64,000 nt of DNA from a virus (IMGVR_UViG_3300015607_002611:9143-73142); one strand, 5' to 3'; numbered from the stretch's first letter, positions 37,634 through 47,190 are shown. Translations and numbers: made by a program. The notes: a model not told the origin generated them from the sequence alone.

Positions 37634-38121
37634 AAGAAAAAAAAGAATCTTCGGCTGGTATAGTTTTTATTTATAATAATAAACTTTTACTTGTACATCA
37701 TACTAACAGTAAGTGGTTGGGGTCTTTTGGGTTTCCTAAGGGTAGAATTGACAAAGGTGAAACACCTTTACAAACTGCTATAAGAGAAGCATACGAGGAA
37801 GTAGGTATTAAAGTAACACCTGGTATGCTAGATAAGACACAATATGAATTAAACTACAATTTTAAAAAGAAAGAAACAAAGATATATAAAACGGCATACT
37901 ATTTCATATGTAATGTTCAGAATTTATCTGACATTGGATTAGAAAAAGAAGTCGTTCCTAAATCTCAATTACAGTTAGAAGAAGTTGATTGGGCTGGATT
38001 TGTTGATTATAACGAAGCTAAAAAGAGATTAGGAAAAGTATTTAAACCTTTATTAAAACATTATAAAGTTAATGAAAGTTTAATGCTTAAAACATTTGAA
38101 GAATTTATAAATAACAAATGA
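37630..38121 (+). CDS. Nudix hydrolase
   Basis: Nudix box 'GFPKGRIDKGETPLQTAIREAYEEVGI'. Confidence 0.85.
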   Translation: MKEKKESSAGIVFIYNNKLLLVHHTNSKWLGSFGFPKGRIDKGETPLQTAIREAYEEVGIKVTPGMLDKTQYELNYNFKKKETKIYKTAYYFICNVQNLSDIGLEKEVVPKSQLQLEEVDWAGFVDYNEAKKRLGKVFKPLLKHYKVNESLMLKTFEEFINNK

Positions 38122-38125
38122 TAAA

Positions 38126-39520
38126 ATGAAAAAGTTTCCAAGCTTTACAGAAGTTAGTAAATTACATACTAATAATTTAGAAGTTATTAACTTCATGAAT
38201 AGAGATGCTCATAAGGAAATATTAGAGGCTATACTTTCTAGTGGTTACTATAAAGAAGATGGTTATACTAATTTCTTAATTGAAACAGTATTATATAATA
38301 ATTACCAAGACCAAATTTTCGAAGGTACATTAGAAAATGATATTTTATATGCTGCAGTATTAGAGCAATTAACTATTAGTGATGTAAATGAGGGTAAATT
38401 AAAAGACTGGTTTGATAATAAAGTAGAAACAGTTAAGAAATGGGCTGAAGAAGGAAAAGAAAAAGCTAAAGAAAAAGGATATCAGTTTATTGAAAAGCTT
38501 AAAGGCTTTGGTGATATTGTTAACTTAATTGTTAAGTCAATTCAAGGATTTCTTAAAGCAGCATGGGACTATTTTAAGAAAGCAGCGACCTCTTCGATGG
38601 GTCAATTTAAAGATGAATTAGTTAGTAAGTGGAAACACTGGACTGAAGGTCATGAAAATGACGTAGTCGATGAAGTAAAATCATTTGGGACTATGAGTAA
38701 ACATGCAGTTAATTGGGCAACAACTGGTTTCCCAAAAGATTCTGCAGGTGCTTTACAAAAAGCAGGTAATGAAGAAGTTGAAGGTGGTGATGGTAGTGAA
38801 AAGAAAGCTGCACAACATGAGAGTTATAAATTTTATGATGTAATGGAAAAAAGCTTCTTAATATCATTAGCTGAATTAATTAAAGAAGATGCTAGTATCA
38901 TAGATGAGATTGAACAATTCAATGAATGGTCTAAAAATCCAGATGAAACTGTAGTAAATGAATTAAATGAAAAGTTAGTAAATATTATTAATGAAGATGG
39001 TCATGGTCATGGTGGAGATAGTAAAACACTTGAAATTCCATTCTTAGGTAAAATTGCTCATAAAGTTGGTCACTTATCTCCATTCAAATATTTACATAAC
39101 ATTGAAAGTATTGTAAAAGAAAAAACAAATAACTTCTTCCATAAAATTTCAATATGGTTAAATAAAGTAGCTGGCGGTCCAGCACCATTTGAGTATTTTT
39201 ATATGGGTGCAAGTTTAGGATTAACAGCAGGTGCTTTAATTAAAAGTGGGGTTACCGAATTAGTTAAAGCAATTGGTAGTGCAGCAATCGGAGTAGCAAT
39301 TGCTACTGCAGTACCTGGTATAGGATTTATATTAACAATTTTAAAATACATGGCTAAAGGTATTTGGATTGTTGAAATAGCTCAAGTAGGTATAACTGCA
39401 GCAAGTGAAGTTGCAGCTAAAAAGATTAAAAAAGCTAAAGAAGAACCTGATGGTGCATCTGAAGCTCCTAGTGATAAAGAAGGTGAACAGGAACAAAAGA
39501 AACCTGAACAACAACAATAA
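38126..39520 (+). CDS. Hypothetical protein with C-terminal membrane hairpins and acidic tail
   Basis: Gly/Ala-rich hydrophobic segments near the C-terminus. Confidence 0.35.
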   Translation: MKKFPSFTEVSKLHTNNLEVINFMNRDAHKEILEAILSSGYYKEDGYTNFLIETVLYNNYQDQIFEGTLENDILYAAVLEQLTISDVNEGKLKDWFDNKVETVKKWAEEGKEKAKEKGYQFIEKLKGFGDIVNLIVKSIQGFLKAAWDYFKKAATSSMGQFKDELVSKWKHWTEGHENDVVDEVKSFGTMSKHAVNWATTGFPKDSAGALQKAGNEEVEGGDGSEKKAAQHESYKFYDVMEKSFLISLAELIKEDASIIDEIEQFNEWSKNPDETVVNELNEKLVNIINEDGHGHGGDSKTLEIPFLGKIAHKVGHLSPFKYLHNIESIVKEKTNNFFHKISIWLNKVAGGPAPFEYFYMGASLGLTAGALIKSGVTELVKAIGSAAIGVAIATAVPGIGFILTILKYMAKGIWIVEIAQVGITAASEVAAKKIKKAKEEPDGASEAPSDKEGEQEQKKPEQQQ

Positions 39521-39550
39521 AGGTCTTTAAATAAAAAATAACAGACTACA

Positions 39551-39721
39551 ATGAAAAATAAAAATTGGGCATGTCCCTTAATTGCAACAGCAATGGCTAG
39601 TATATTAATAATGTACGGCCATTGGATTCCAGCCAATATAATGATAGCTATTGGTTTAAGAAGGTTTATAAACCTTATGGAAGAAAATGTCATAGTCGAC
39701 AAACTGTTGCGAGAAAAGTAG
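39551..39721 (+). CDS. Small membrane protein (56 aa; below ORF-track cutoff)
   Basis: ATG 30 nt after the upstream stop. Hydrophobic 'ACPLIATAMASILIMYGHWIPANIMIAIGL'. It explains an otherwise empty 290-bp gap. Confidence 0.4.
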   Translation: MKNKNWACPLIATAMASILIMYGHWIPANIMIAIGLRRFINLMEENVIVDKLLREK

Positions 39722-39742
39722 ACTTACATTGCGTGGAACTAA

Positions 39743-39764
39743 AGCCTTAGAGAAATCTAAGGCT
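39743..39764 (+). promoter_or_regulatory. Stem-loop (AGCCTTAGA-gaaa-TCTAAGGCT) abutting promoter -33 element; no U-run
   Basis: 9-bp perfect stem. The 3' arm runs into CTTTGGGG. Confidence 0.4.
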
Positions 39765-39794
39765 TTGGGGTGTCGATAAGTTAAGTTATATTTA
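39764..39794 (+). promoter_or_regulatory. Bacteroidetes-type promoter CTTTGGGG-N-TTATATTTA
   Basis: TTTG at 39764-67, 19 nt, then TATATTTA at 39787-94. The ATG is at 39813. Confidence 0.55.
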
Positions 39795-39812
39795 TACTAT
39801 AACAATCACAAC

Positions 39813-41024
39813 ATGGAAAAGACAATAGAATTTAAAGGTGACTTTTACGCAAAATCACCAGAAGAATTTAAACAAATTAAAATCGCAGCTTTAAAGGCTG
39901 GATATAAAGGAATAGAAATGTCGAATGGCCCTCGTGAGAAATCATCTGGTCGTGGTCAATTCTTAACACTTGAAGCACCTCGATATGAGCGTAAAGGTAA
40001 ATGCGGATATTGTGGTTCTTTAATCGATATTTGTGGTATTTATGCGCATGGTAGAAAATGCGAATGCTGTGGTAAAACTATTTATCAAAAATACGAAAAG
40101 GGAGGTTTAATCACATTCTTCTTTCGTGATTTTGAAGATGGTAATAAAGTCGATATATTCGGTGATATCACGTTGCGCATTCATAGTTTTGAAACTGATA
40201 AAAATATTTTAAGATTTGAAATGAATATCCCACGTGATGGCAAATATGGGAAACAAAAACGTTCAAGAGTTTTAGAAATTCTTAAAAACAACCGTTCAGC
40301 ATATAACATTATTGAAATTGGTAAAAAGAAAGTTTACACATTCTATTACCCATTTAATGGTATGATGAATGATTTAACTCGAATTAATACAAGTGAAGTT
40401 AGAAATCGCAAAGGCGGTCATCCAAGTGGACCTCGTAATTGTTCAGTAGTTCAAATTTTGGATGGTAAAGAATATTCTGAACATGCATCATTCAGTGGTA
40501 TATTTGCTGAATTACCAATGCCTACTTCATTCCATATTTACCGCGATTGGAAAATTGAAAAAACAATGTCGACAATGTGTAGTCGTTCAGGTATTAATTT
40601 ACGTCCTGAATATTATTCTGGTCGTTCAGCTGGTGATATCACTTCTGACCATTTATTTAAACTTTATAATCAAATAAAAGATAATAAGGGTGAAAATGCA
40701 AGTAAAGCCTTCTTAAAATTAATTGAAGGTACTTATGATTTGTCTGCTACTAATTTAACAAGAAAGTTCATAAAACTTGAAAGAAATAATTATGAATGGT
40801 CTGATTCAGAAAATACTGAAAAAGAAACTAATGTTGAATTAGATGGTAGTTCAGTAAATGCATTTGCAACTATCGTAAGTGTAATGAGTGGCCCATATGG
40901 ACGCGCATTTACTAATCGTGTTTTCGGTGATGAACTTGGCGATATGATTGATGGAATGAAGAGAAAACATAAAGATTATCAATCTGCAATGATTAAAAGT
41001 GAATTCTTATCAAAATTAAAATAA
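39813..41024 (+). CDS. Hypothetical protein with zinc-ribbon
   Basis: 'CGYCGSLIDICG...CECCGK'. Confidence 0.35.
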   Translation: MEKTIEFKGDFYAKSPEEFKQIKIAALKAGYKGIEMSNGPREKSSGRGQFLTLEAPRYERKGKCGYCGSLIDICGIYAHGRKCECCGKTIYQKYEKGGLITFFFRDFEDGNKVDIFGDITLRIHSFETDKNILRFEMNIPRDGKYGKQKRSRVLEILKNNRSAYNIIEIGKKKVYTFYYPFNGMMNDLTRINTSEVRNRKGGHPSGPRNCSVVQILDGKEYSEHASFSGIFAELPMPTSFHIYRDWKIEKTMSTMCSRSGINLRPEYYSGRSAGDITSDHLFKLYNQIKDNKGENASKAFLKLIEGTYDLSATNLTRKFIKLERNNYEWSDSENTEKETNVELDGSSVNAFATIVSVMSGPYGRAFTNRVFGDELGDMIDGMKRKHKDYQSAMIKSEFLSKLK

Positions 41025-41025
41025 A

Positions 41026-41340
41026 ATGAAAAAGATTGCAATATTATTTTTATCAACTATTTTGTTTTCATGTAATGTTACTGAGACACGTAGAGTTGAT
41101 ACGCAAATAACTATAGAAGTTACATATACAAATGGTGAAATTGATACGTTAACTCCAATATGGAATTCAGACGTTGGTGATTTGCCTCAATGTTATTTAG
41201 AAAGTAATAGAGGTGATGCTTGTGTATGTATTACAAGTCATGGTGAATTAGGCTTACAAAGACTAGCTTGTGGTGTAAGAAAAATAAAAGAGCTTTCAAG
41301 AAAAGAAGTTAATTCAAATGAATCAACAAGTAATAAATAA
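41026..41340 (+). CDS. Putative lipoprotein
   Basis: Signal peptide with lipobox 'ILFLSTILFSC'. Confidence 0.5.
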   Translation: MKKIAILFLSTILFSCNVTETRRVDTQITIEVTYTNGEIDTLTPIWNSDVGDLPQCYLESNRGDACVCITSHGELGLQRLACGVRKIKELSRKEVNSNESTSNK

Positions 41341-42178
41341 AGAAAAATTAGAGTATTTAAAGACTTATATAACTACTTTCGCTAGGGCTTATATGTTGGC
41401 GACTGGTAAAAAACTTACCACTGTTGACCAAATATTAGAACTTATCGAAAGTGGTGAGTTTACATTTGAAGATATGTTTGATGTTTACTTAGGTGAGGCT
41501 TTTAAATATGGTGATTTATCTGAAGAAGCTGAAAAGTTTTGGGATTATAATATGGAAGCATTTAATGTTGAAAATTATTTTCCAGATGATAGTAAACAAG
41601 TTGGAAGTGGTTCTTGGATAAAAATAAGAACTGAGAATGGTTACGAAGTTCATTTTGCTAAAGTATCAAATCGTAAAAGAAGATTTGCTGAAGAGTATAC
41701 TTCATATCAAAAACAAATAACTTCTTTATATAAAGGCTTAATTAAAGATTACGAAGATTATACTAAAAAAATCGATGAAATACTTACTCCTGCAAAAGAA
41801 GCTAAGAAAAAATATTTAGATGCAAAATTAAGAGAAAGTGAGATACGTTTAGCTATAAACTTAAAGCCTTATGAGGTTAGAATAAATAGAACTAAAAGTA
41901 AAGTTGAGTATCTTTTACCATATCAATATGAAATTGTGAATGATATTCAAGAACATGTTGATGCTTATATTGCAAATACACCAGGTGTTAACACTAAAAC
42001 TTTATTTACATCACTTAATAAAGATGCAATATTCTATTTACAAAGTAGAGGTATAAGTAAAAAAGTAGCTGAAATGATGTCAGCATTGCAACAAGTTTAT
42101 TTTACTGTAGATATGGTAGTTGCCACGAATGCATATAATGAACATATAAAAAGAAAAGTTAAAATAGTAAGCGCATAA
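41318..42178 (+). CDS. Hypothetical protein
   Basis: ORF only. Confidence 0.3.
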   Translation: MNQQVINKEKLEYLKTYITTFARAYMLATGKKLTTVDQILELIESGEFTFEDMFDVYLGEAFKYGDLSEEAEKFWDYNMEAFNVENYFPDDSKQVGSGSWIKIRTENGYEVHFAKVSNRKRRFAEEYTSYQKQITSLYKGLIKDYEDYTKKIDEILTPAKEAKKKYLDAKLRESEIRLAINLKPYEVRINRTKSKVEYLLPYQYEIVNDIQEHVDAYIANTPGVNTKTLFTSLNKDAIFYLQSRGISKKVAEMMSALQQVYFTVDMVVATNAYNEHIKRKVKIVSA

Positions 42179-42180
42179 TT

Positions 42181-43035
42181 ATGAAAATGCATACACTTAA
42201 ACAATCGTATAGTAACTGTAAAATATATCACCCTTCTGGAAAACTAATGTGCGTTAATTCTGAAAAGAAAGGGCGTTGGTATGTAGAGAAAACTGGTGCA
42301 ACAATATTAAGTAAAAATCCAGATGGAAGTTTAGCTGAAATACAATTAACATTTGAGCCGAAGGGCCATGGTTACGATGAAGATGATTTATTTGGTTTAA
42401 GTGTACAAGAAGCAAGATGTGTAGTTTCCGGTGAAAGTGATATTTCAAAATTAACAAAACACCATATTGTGCCAATATCATATAGAAGGCATTTACCTCT
42501 TGAATATAAAAGTCGTAACCACCATGATGTCGTTTATATTACTGAAGATTTACATGAACATTATGAGAGAATTGCTGATGAATTCCGTAATGAATTAGCT
42601 AAGAAATATAATGCAATGTCATATAGTGATACTAGAGTACATTTAGCAAATGCCATGTCTAGTGAACGTGTCAGACTTATAAAAAGAGTAAAAGGTTATG
42701 CTAACTCATTAATAATTTCTAGTCAGATTCCTTCAGATAAGGAACAGTTAATGAAAGATACAGTGTTATCATTTATCAAAGATAATTATACAGCTATAAG
42801 TCTAGAAAACTGTTTAAGTGAAGAGTTTTTAACATTACTTATTTATGATATCCAGAAAGAGATTGATGAAGTTTTAGAAGCTAATCGAATTGATGCTTAT
42901 AAAGATTTAATTGACAAGGTTGGCGATTATGATGAATTCGTTAAAATCTGGCGTCAGCATTTCGTAGATACCATGAAACCTCAGTTTTTACCAATAGGCT
43001 GGAGTGTTGATTATAAAACTAAAACCAGAATATAA
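42181..43035 (+). CDS. Hypothetical protein (weak HNH-like His cluster)
   Basis: 'HHIVPISYRR...NHHDVV...DLHEHY'. Not convincing. Confidence 0.25.
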   Translation: MKMHTLKQSYSNCKIYHPSGKLMCVNSEKKGRWYVEKTGATILSKNPDGSLAEIQLTFEPKGHGYDEDDLFGLSVQEARCVVSGESDISKLTKHHIVPISYRRHLPLEYKSRNHHDVVYITEDLHEHYERIADEFRNELAKKYNAMSYSDTRVHLANAMSSERVRLIKRVKGYANSLIISSQIPSDKEQLMKDTVLSFIKDNYTAISLENCLSEEFLTLLIYDIQKEIDEVLEANRIDAYKDLIDKVGDYDEFVKIWRQHFVDTMKPQFLPIGWSVDYKTKTRI

Positions 43036-43052
43036 CCTCGCAAATATAATAC

Positions 43053-43083
43053 TTTGGGGGCTCGACAATAATTATTATATTTA
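43053..43083 (+). promoter_or_regulatory. Bacteroidetes-type promoter CTTTGGGGG-N14-TTATATTTACT
   Basis: TTTG at 43053-56, 19 nt, then TATATTTA at 43076-83. The ATG is at 43098. Confidence 0.55.
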
Positions 43084-43097
43084 CTTAAATAAACAAA

Positions 43098-43562
43098 ATG
43101 AAAAAAGTATTAGTAATAAGTAAACGCGAGTTTGATAAAGTAATGCGCGATAATAAAATCACTGCAGAAAATATCGAAAATAGAAGTAAAGTCGCATTTA
43201 TTTCTATTAATGATACTTTCGGCACAACTGAAACACCTTTCTTTAAAGAAGACAAGGAAAATTTGCGCATCTTGTTTTTTGATGATGTTACTGAAGATAC
43301 CAAGTTAAATTGGGGCACAGCAAAAGCATTTAACAAAGAACAAGGTAAAATTGTTTTAGAATTCTTAAACAAAATCAAGGATCGCGATACATTAATAGTA
43401 CACTGTCACGCTGGAATTTCTAGGAGTGGTGCAGTAGGTCAATTCGCTGCTGATTACTTTGGTTTAGATTACAAAGAATTCAGAAACTTAAACCCACACA
43501 TTCACCCTAATTCTACCGTTACAAGAATATTAAGAGAATTAGCTCGTGAACAAGAAGACTAA
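43098..43562 (+). CDS. Cys-based (CX5R) phosphatase, dual-specificity/polynucleotide-phosphatase-like
   Basis: P-loop 'VHCHAGISRSG'. Confidence 0.75.
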   Translation: MKKVLVISKREFDKVMRDNKITAENIENRSKVAFISINDTFGTTETPFFKEDKENLRILFFDDVTEDTKLNWGTAKAFNKEQGKIVLEFLNKIKDRDTLIVHCHAGISRSGAVGQFAADYFGLDYKEFRNLNPHIHPNSTVTRILRELAREQED

Positions 43563-44577
43563 CATATTATTATCAAGGGACGAATTCAGAGAAGGTGTTT
43601 TTGAGAGAGATGGGCATAAATGCGTTGTTTGTAAAGAGCAAGGCAAAGATGCCCATCACATTCTCGAAAGAAGATTATTCAATGACGGTGGTTATTATTT
43701 AGATAACGGAGCAACGTTATGTGAAAAACATCATATTGAAGCTGAACAGACAACATTAAGTTGTGATACTATCAGAGAGCTTTGTGGTATTGAAAACTTA
43801 ATCATACCTGAACATTTTTACTCTGACTATGATTATGATAAATGGGGTAATATTATTCAGCCTAATGGATTGAGATTAAAGGGTGAATTGTTTTATGATG
43901 AATCAGTTCAGAAGATATTAAATCAAGGTAATGTTTTGAATTTATTTCAAAAATATGTAAAATATCCAAGAACTTATCATTTACCATGGAGCAATTTACT
44001 TAAAGACGATAGAAAATTAAGTGACGATTCATTCTTTCATGGAAAGAGAGTTATAATGACACTTAAAATGGATGGTGAAAATACAACAATGTATAATGAT
44101 TATATTCATGCACGTTCTTTAGAATCTAAGTCACATGAAACTAGAAATTGGGTCAAAGGCCTTTGGTCTAGAATCTCATATCTTTTAGATGAGAATATGA
44201 GATTATGTGGAGAGAATTTATATGCTGTTCATTCAATTGAATATAATGATTTACCTTCATATTTCATGCCATTCTCATTATGGATGGACAATAAGTGTTT
44301 AAGTTGGGATGAAAGTGTAGAGTACTTTAAAATTTTAGGTTTAGAACATGTTCCAGTTATCTATGATGGAATTTATGATAAAGATAAAATCATTGAAACA
44401 TTTTCTAAATATGAAAAAGAACACGAAGGCTTCGTAATTAGAATTGCAGATGAATTCAATTATGGTGAATTTAGAAGATGTGTCGCTAAATTCGTTAGAC
44501 CTGAGTTTAGACAAATAGTTAATAATTCACATGGTCACTGGATATCAAAGAAAGTGACTGTAAATAAATTAAAATAA
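43546..44577 (+). CDS. HNH/zinc-finger domain fused to ATP-dependent nucleotidyltransferase ligase (RNA-ligase-like)
   Basis: N-terminal 'CVVCKEQGKDAHHILERRLF...NGATLCEKHH' is HNH-like. Ligase motifs are I 'LKMDGEN', III 'LCGENLYAVHS', IV 'HEGFVIRIA' and V 'AKFVRPEF'. Confidence 0.6.
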   Translation: MNKKTNILLSRDEFREGVFERDGHKCVVCKEQGKDAHHILERRLFNDGGYYLDNGATLCEKHHIEAEQTTLSCDTIRELCGIENLIIPEHFYSDYDYDKWGNIIQPNGLRLKGELFYDESVQKILNQGNVLNLFQKYVKYPRTYHLPWSNLLKDDRKLSDDSFFHGKRVIMTLKMDGENTTMYNDYIHARSLESKSHETRNWVKGLWSRISYLLDENMRLCGENLYAVHSIEYNDLPSYFMPFSLWMDNKCLSWDESVEYFKILGLEHVPVIYDGIYDKDKIIETFSKYEKEHEGFVIRIADEFNYGEFRRCVAKFVRPEFRQIVNNSHGHWISKKVTVNKLK

Positions 44578-44578
44578 A

Positions 44579-44974
44579 ATGAAAACTTCATTTGATATGG
44601 ATAATACACTTGGCGAATCATGGGTGCAATTAATTGCTAAAGCCATGATTGCAGGTGGTCATGAAGTTTGGATTATAACTGCGAGATGTGATGATAGATT
44701 ACATAATCCGAATATTGCAAAAATTAATTCATGTAATAGAGACCTTTTCGCAATTGCTGAAAGGTTAGGAATTCCTGATGAAAGAATTGTAATGACTGAA
44801 GGTTCATTTAAACATAAAACTATTAAAAGGCTTGGAATTGAATTACATTTCGATGATGTACCAGAAGAAGTTGAGTTAATTAATCGAAATACAGACTGTA
44901 AAGCTCTTTTAATTTGGGACGAATTTTGTTCAGCGTCAATAAAACATGAACAATTTGCAAAAGGAATATTTTAA
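44579..44974 (+). CDS. Small HAD-like phosphatase
   Basis: Motif I 'SFDMDNTLG', 'WIITAR' and 'HFDD'. Confidence 0.45.
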   Translation: MKTSFDMDNTLGESWVQLIAKAMIAGGHEVWIITARCDDRLHNPNIAKINSCNRDLFAIAERLGIPDERIVMTEGSFKHKTIKRLGIELHFDDVPEEVELINRNTDCKALLIWDEFCSASIKHEQFAKGIF

Positions 44975-45003
44975 GAGAGTATATAATAAAATAATTTATT
45001 AAA

Positions 45004-45252
45004 ATGTGGCCTTTTAGTAAACCCACTATAGAAGTTGAATGTCGTCTTCCTGATATGTTAAGAGAAGACCAGGACTATTTATGTCAGGGTATACTTGAAG
45101 ACCTAGATGACGAATTTGGATTTTGTTATAATATACGACTTAAGTCGAGTGATATAAACAAAGTCACAATTGTAGATGGCAGAAAAAGCAAACAATTAGA
45201 AGAACGAGCGATTCGGATAGAAATTTATCGAAGGATAAACAACCTTAAGTAA
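45004..45252 (+). CDS. Small hypothetical protein
   Basis: ORF only. Confidence 0.25.
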   Translation: MWPFSKPTIEVECRLPDMLREDQDYLCQGILEDLDDEFGFCYNIRLKSSDINKVTIVDGRKSKQLEERAIRIEIYRRINNLK

Positions 45253-45256
45253 TCCG

Positions 45257-45279
45257 AAGCCTCGATATAATCGAGGCTT
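45257..45279 (+). promoter_or_regulatory. Stem-loop (AAGCCTCGAT-ata-ATCGAGGCTT) abutting promoter -33; no U-run
   Basis: 10-bp perfect stem whose 3' arm supplies the CTTTGGGGG element. Confidence 0.4.
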
Positions 45280-45308
45280 TGGGGGCTTAAGAAAAATAAT
45301 TATATTTA
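45278..45308 (+). promoter_or_regulatory. Bacteroidetes-type promoter
   Basis: TTTG at 45278-81, 19 nt, then TATATTTA at 45301-08. This string is identical to the 43053 promoter over 'TTATATTTACTTAAA'. Confidence 0.55.
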
Positions 45309-45325
45309 CTTAAAATCATAAAACC

Positions 45326-45445
45326 ATGGCAACACTAAGAAAAATAGGGAAGTTCTTAGCGAACTTATTTAAAATTAAAGGAACACCAAGAAATATGGAC
45401 GGTAGCACTGACCTGTATTTCCCTGAAGACCACTTAGGAATTTAA
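45326..45445 (+). CDS. Small ORF (39 aa) directly downstream of promoter
   Basis: ATG 17 nt after the -7 element, the same spacing as other promoter-gene pairs. Sequence 'MATLRKIGKFLANLFKIKGTPRNMDGSTDLYFPEDHLGI'. Confidence 0.35.
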   Translation: MATLRKIGKFLANLFKIKGTPRNMDGSTDLYFPEDHLGI

Positions 45446-45456
45446 AAAATTAAAAA

Positions 45457-46623
45457 ATGGAACTAGCATTAATAAATGAAATAAAAAGATTTGGACTAGA
45501 AAAGACTGCAGAAACTTACAAACTTTCTGTGAAGGATTATGGTCATAAAGTACTTATTAAGTACGACCAAATTGAATCTGACATGTCTGAACTTCCTGTA
45601 CAAGACGCAAGAGGTATAATCCTTGAGAAAGGTACTTGGAAAGTTATGTCTTTAGCTTTTAGAAAATTTTTCAACTCAGCCGAAACACAAGCCGCTAAGA
45701 TAGATTGGGATTCAGCTTTGATTTTAGAAAAGTTAGATGGAACATTAATTCAATTATACTGGGACTGGGTTTTAAAAGAATGGTGCGTAGGTACTACAGG
45801 TACTGCCGATGGTTCAGGTGAAGTGAATAACAAATTTGGGACTACATTTGCAGACTTGTTCTGGTCTACTATTGGAAAATATCCTGGTAAATTCCACGGT
45901 GTTGATAAAATGTCAAAAAATGAACGTAACGAACGTTTAAATGAATTTTTAAACGATAACTTTTGTCATGTTTTTGAATTAACTACACCTTATAATATTG
46001 TGGTTGCACCCCATGCTACATCTAACGCTACTTTGTTGGCTGCAAGAAATGTTATTACTCTTGAAGAACTTTCATTTGATAATCTAGCAGGGACTGCAAT
46101 TGAGTTAGATGTTCCTTTAGTAAAAGTGTTTGATATAAATGCTTCGAACACAGGTCATGTAATAGCTACATTGGAAGGTATGCCTTTCTCTGAAGAGGGA
46201 TATGTAGTAGTTGATAATAAATTTAATCGTATCAAGATTAAGAACCCTACATATGTTCAAGTACATCACTTGAAGTCAAAGACTTCTGAGCATGCTATAA
46301 TGGAAATTGTTAAGACTAATGAAGTTGAAGAATTTGCGGCGACATTTCCTGAAAGACGTGAAGAAATCTTTAAGCTTAAAGATGGGTTTGATAAATTAAA
46401 AGAATCATTAAAGGAAACTTGGAATGAATTAGAACCATTTAAGCCTCGTATTATCACTAAAGAAGAGAATAAGAGATTTGCAATGGCAGTTTTTGATATT
46501 ACAGGAAAGAAAGGTTGTAAAAATCATACAGGTTTATTTTTCTCTTTAAAAGATGGTAAAGTAGGAAGTGTAGAAGAATACCTTAAAGATTACGACAATA
46601 AAAAATTATATACAGAACTATAA
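45457..46623 (+). CDS. ATP-dependent RNA ligase (Rnl1-like nucleotidyltransferase)
   Basis: Motif I 'LILEKLDGTLIQ' (KxDG), motif IV 'EEGYVVVDN' and motif V 'RIKIKNP'. 388 aa. Confidence 0.65.
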   Translation: MELALINEIKRFGLEKTAETYKLSVKDYGHKVLIKYDQIESDMSELPVQDARGIILEKGTWKVMSLAFRKFFNSAETQAAKIDWDSALILEKLDGTLIQLYWDWVLKEWCVGTTGTADGSGEVNNKFGTTFADLFWSTIGKYPGKFHGVDKMSKNERNERLNEFLNDNFCHVFELTTPYNIVVAPHATSNATLLAARNVITLEELSFDNLAGTAIELDVPLVKVFDINASNTGHVIATLEGMPFSEEGYVVVDNKFNRIKIKNPTYVQVHHLKSKTSEHAIMEIVKTNEVEEFAATFPERREEIFKLKDGFDKLKESLKETWNELEPFKPRIITKEENKRFAMAVFDITGKKGCKNHTGLFFSLKDGKVGSVEEYLKDYDNKKLYTEL

Positions 46624-46952
46624 TGGATAAGATTAAACAGACATTTTTAAATAAAGGTTTAGTGACTGGTAGAGTATTAACTACCAGTCTTAAATCTTTT
46701 TATTGGGAGAAATTCCCCAATCATGAAGTACACTTCAATGCCAATCTCTTAACAGAGAGTAAAGGCAAAATCTGGTGGGGAGATATAGACTTAAATCTAG
46801 ATGGACCCAAGATTTTTGAAATAGCACGAGAAATAAATGAGGATATCTACTTAGTAAAACAAACTGATGGTCACTTTGAAAATGAAAAACCATCAATTGA
46901 GGAATTAAAAAGATGTCTATTTGGTCAACTAAAATATTTAACTAATGTTTAG
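46623..46952 (+). CDS. Hypothetical protein
   Basis: ORF only. Confidence 0.3.
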   Translation: MDKIKQTFLNKGLVTGRVLTTSLKSFYWEKFPNHEVHFNANLLTESKGKIWWGDIDLNLDGPKIFEIAREINEDIYLVKQTDGHFENEKPSIEELKRCLFGQLKYLTNV

Positions 46953-47190
46953 ATTTTTAAAAAAGAAAAGAAGATACTTTATGGTATTTTATACAGGTAA
47001 TGCACCTGTTGGTACAACTGGTCAATCAATAGGATATGCTTCTTTATATAAAGAAGGTTTTTTAAACCAGGAAAGTTTAATAAAAGATATAGAAAAAATT
47101 TCAGGAATTAATAGTCCTGTATTGACTAATTTTATTGAAATTACCGAAAGTGATTATAATGAATGGTTAAGAAAAGAAAAAACTAAATAA
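46945..47190 (+). CDS. Small hypothetical protein
   Basis: ORF only. Confidence 0.25.
   Translation: MFRFLKKKRRYFMVFYTGNAPVGTTGQSIGYASLYKEGFLNQESLIKDIEKISGINSPVLTNFIEITESDYNEWLRKEKTK

Noticed and set aside
39382-39702. Minus-strand 106-aa ORF spanning the 39521-39812 gap
   Set aside because: The gap is better explained by a + strand 56-aa membrane ORF (39551-39721). That ORF fits the unidirectional gene train. The minus ORF overlaps the end of gene 38126-39520.
39521-39812. tRNA genes in the larger intergenic gaps (10302-10364, 10554-10690, 39521-39812, 45253-45456, 54847-55021)
   Set aside because: No cloverleaf-compatible acceptor stem or GTTCRANYC T-loop was seen. The gaps are explained by small ORFs, promoters and terminators.
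40462-40677. + strand internal ORFs in alternative frames (40462-40677, 47781-47963, 51915-52148, 58471-58683)
   Set aside because: They are embedded in longer, motif-supported ORFs in another frame.
45257-45279. Hairpins at 39743-39764 and 45257-45279 as intrinsic terminators
   Set aside because: The perfect stems are followed by TTTGGGGG, not a U-run. They are listed as regulatory stem-loops instead.
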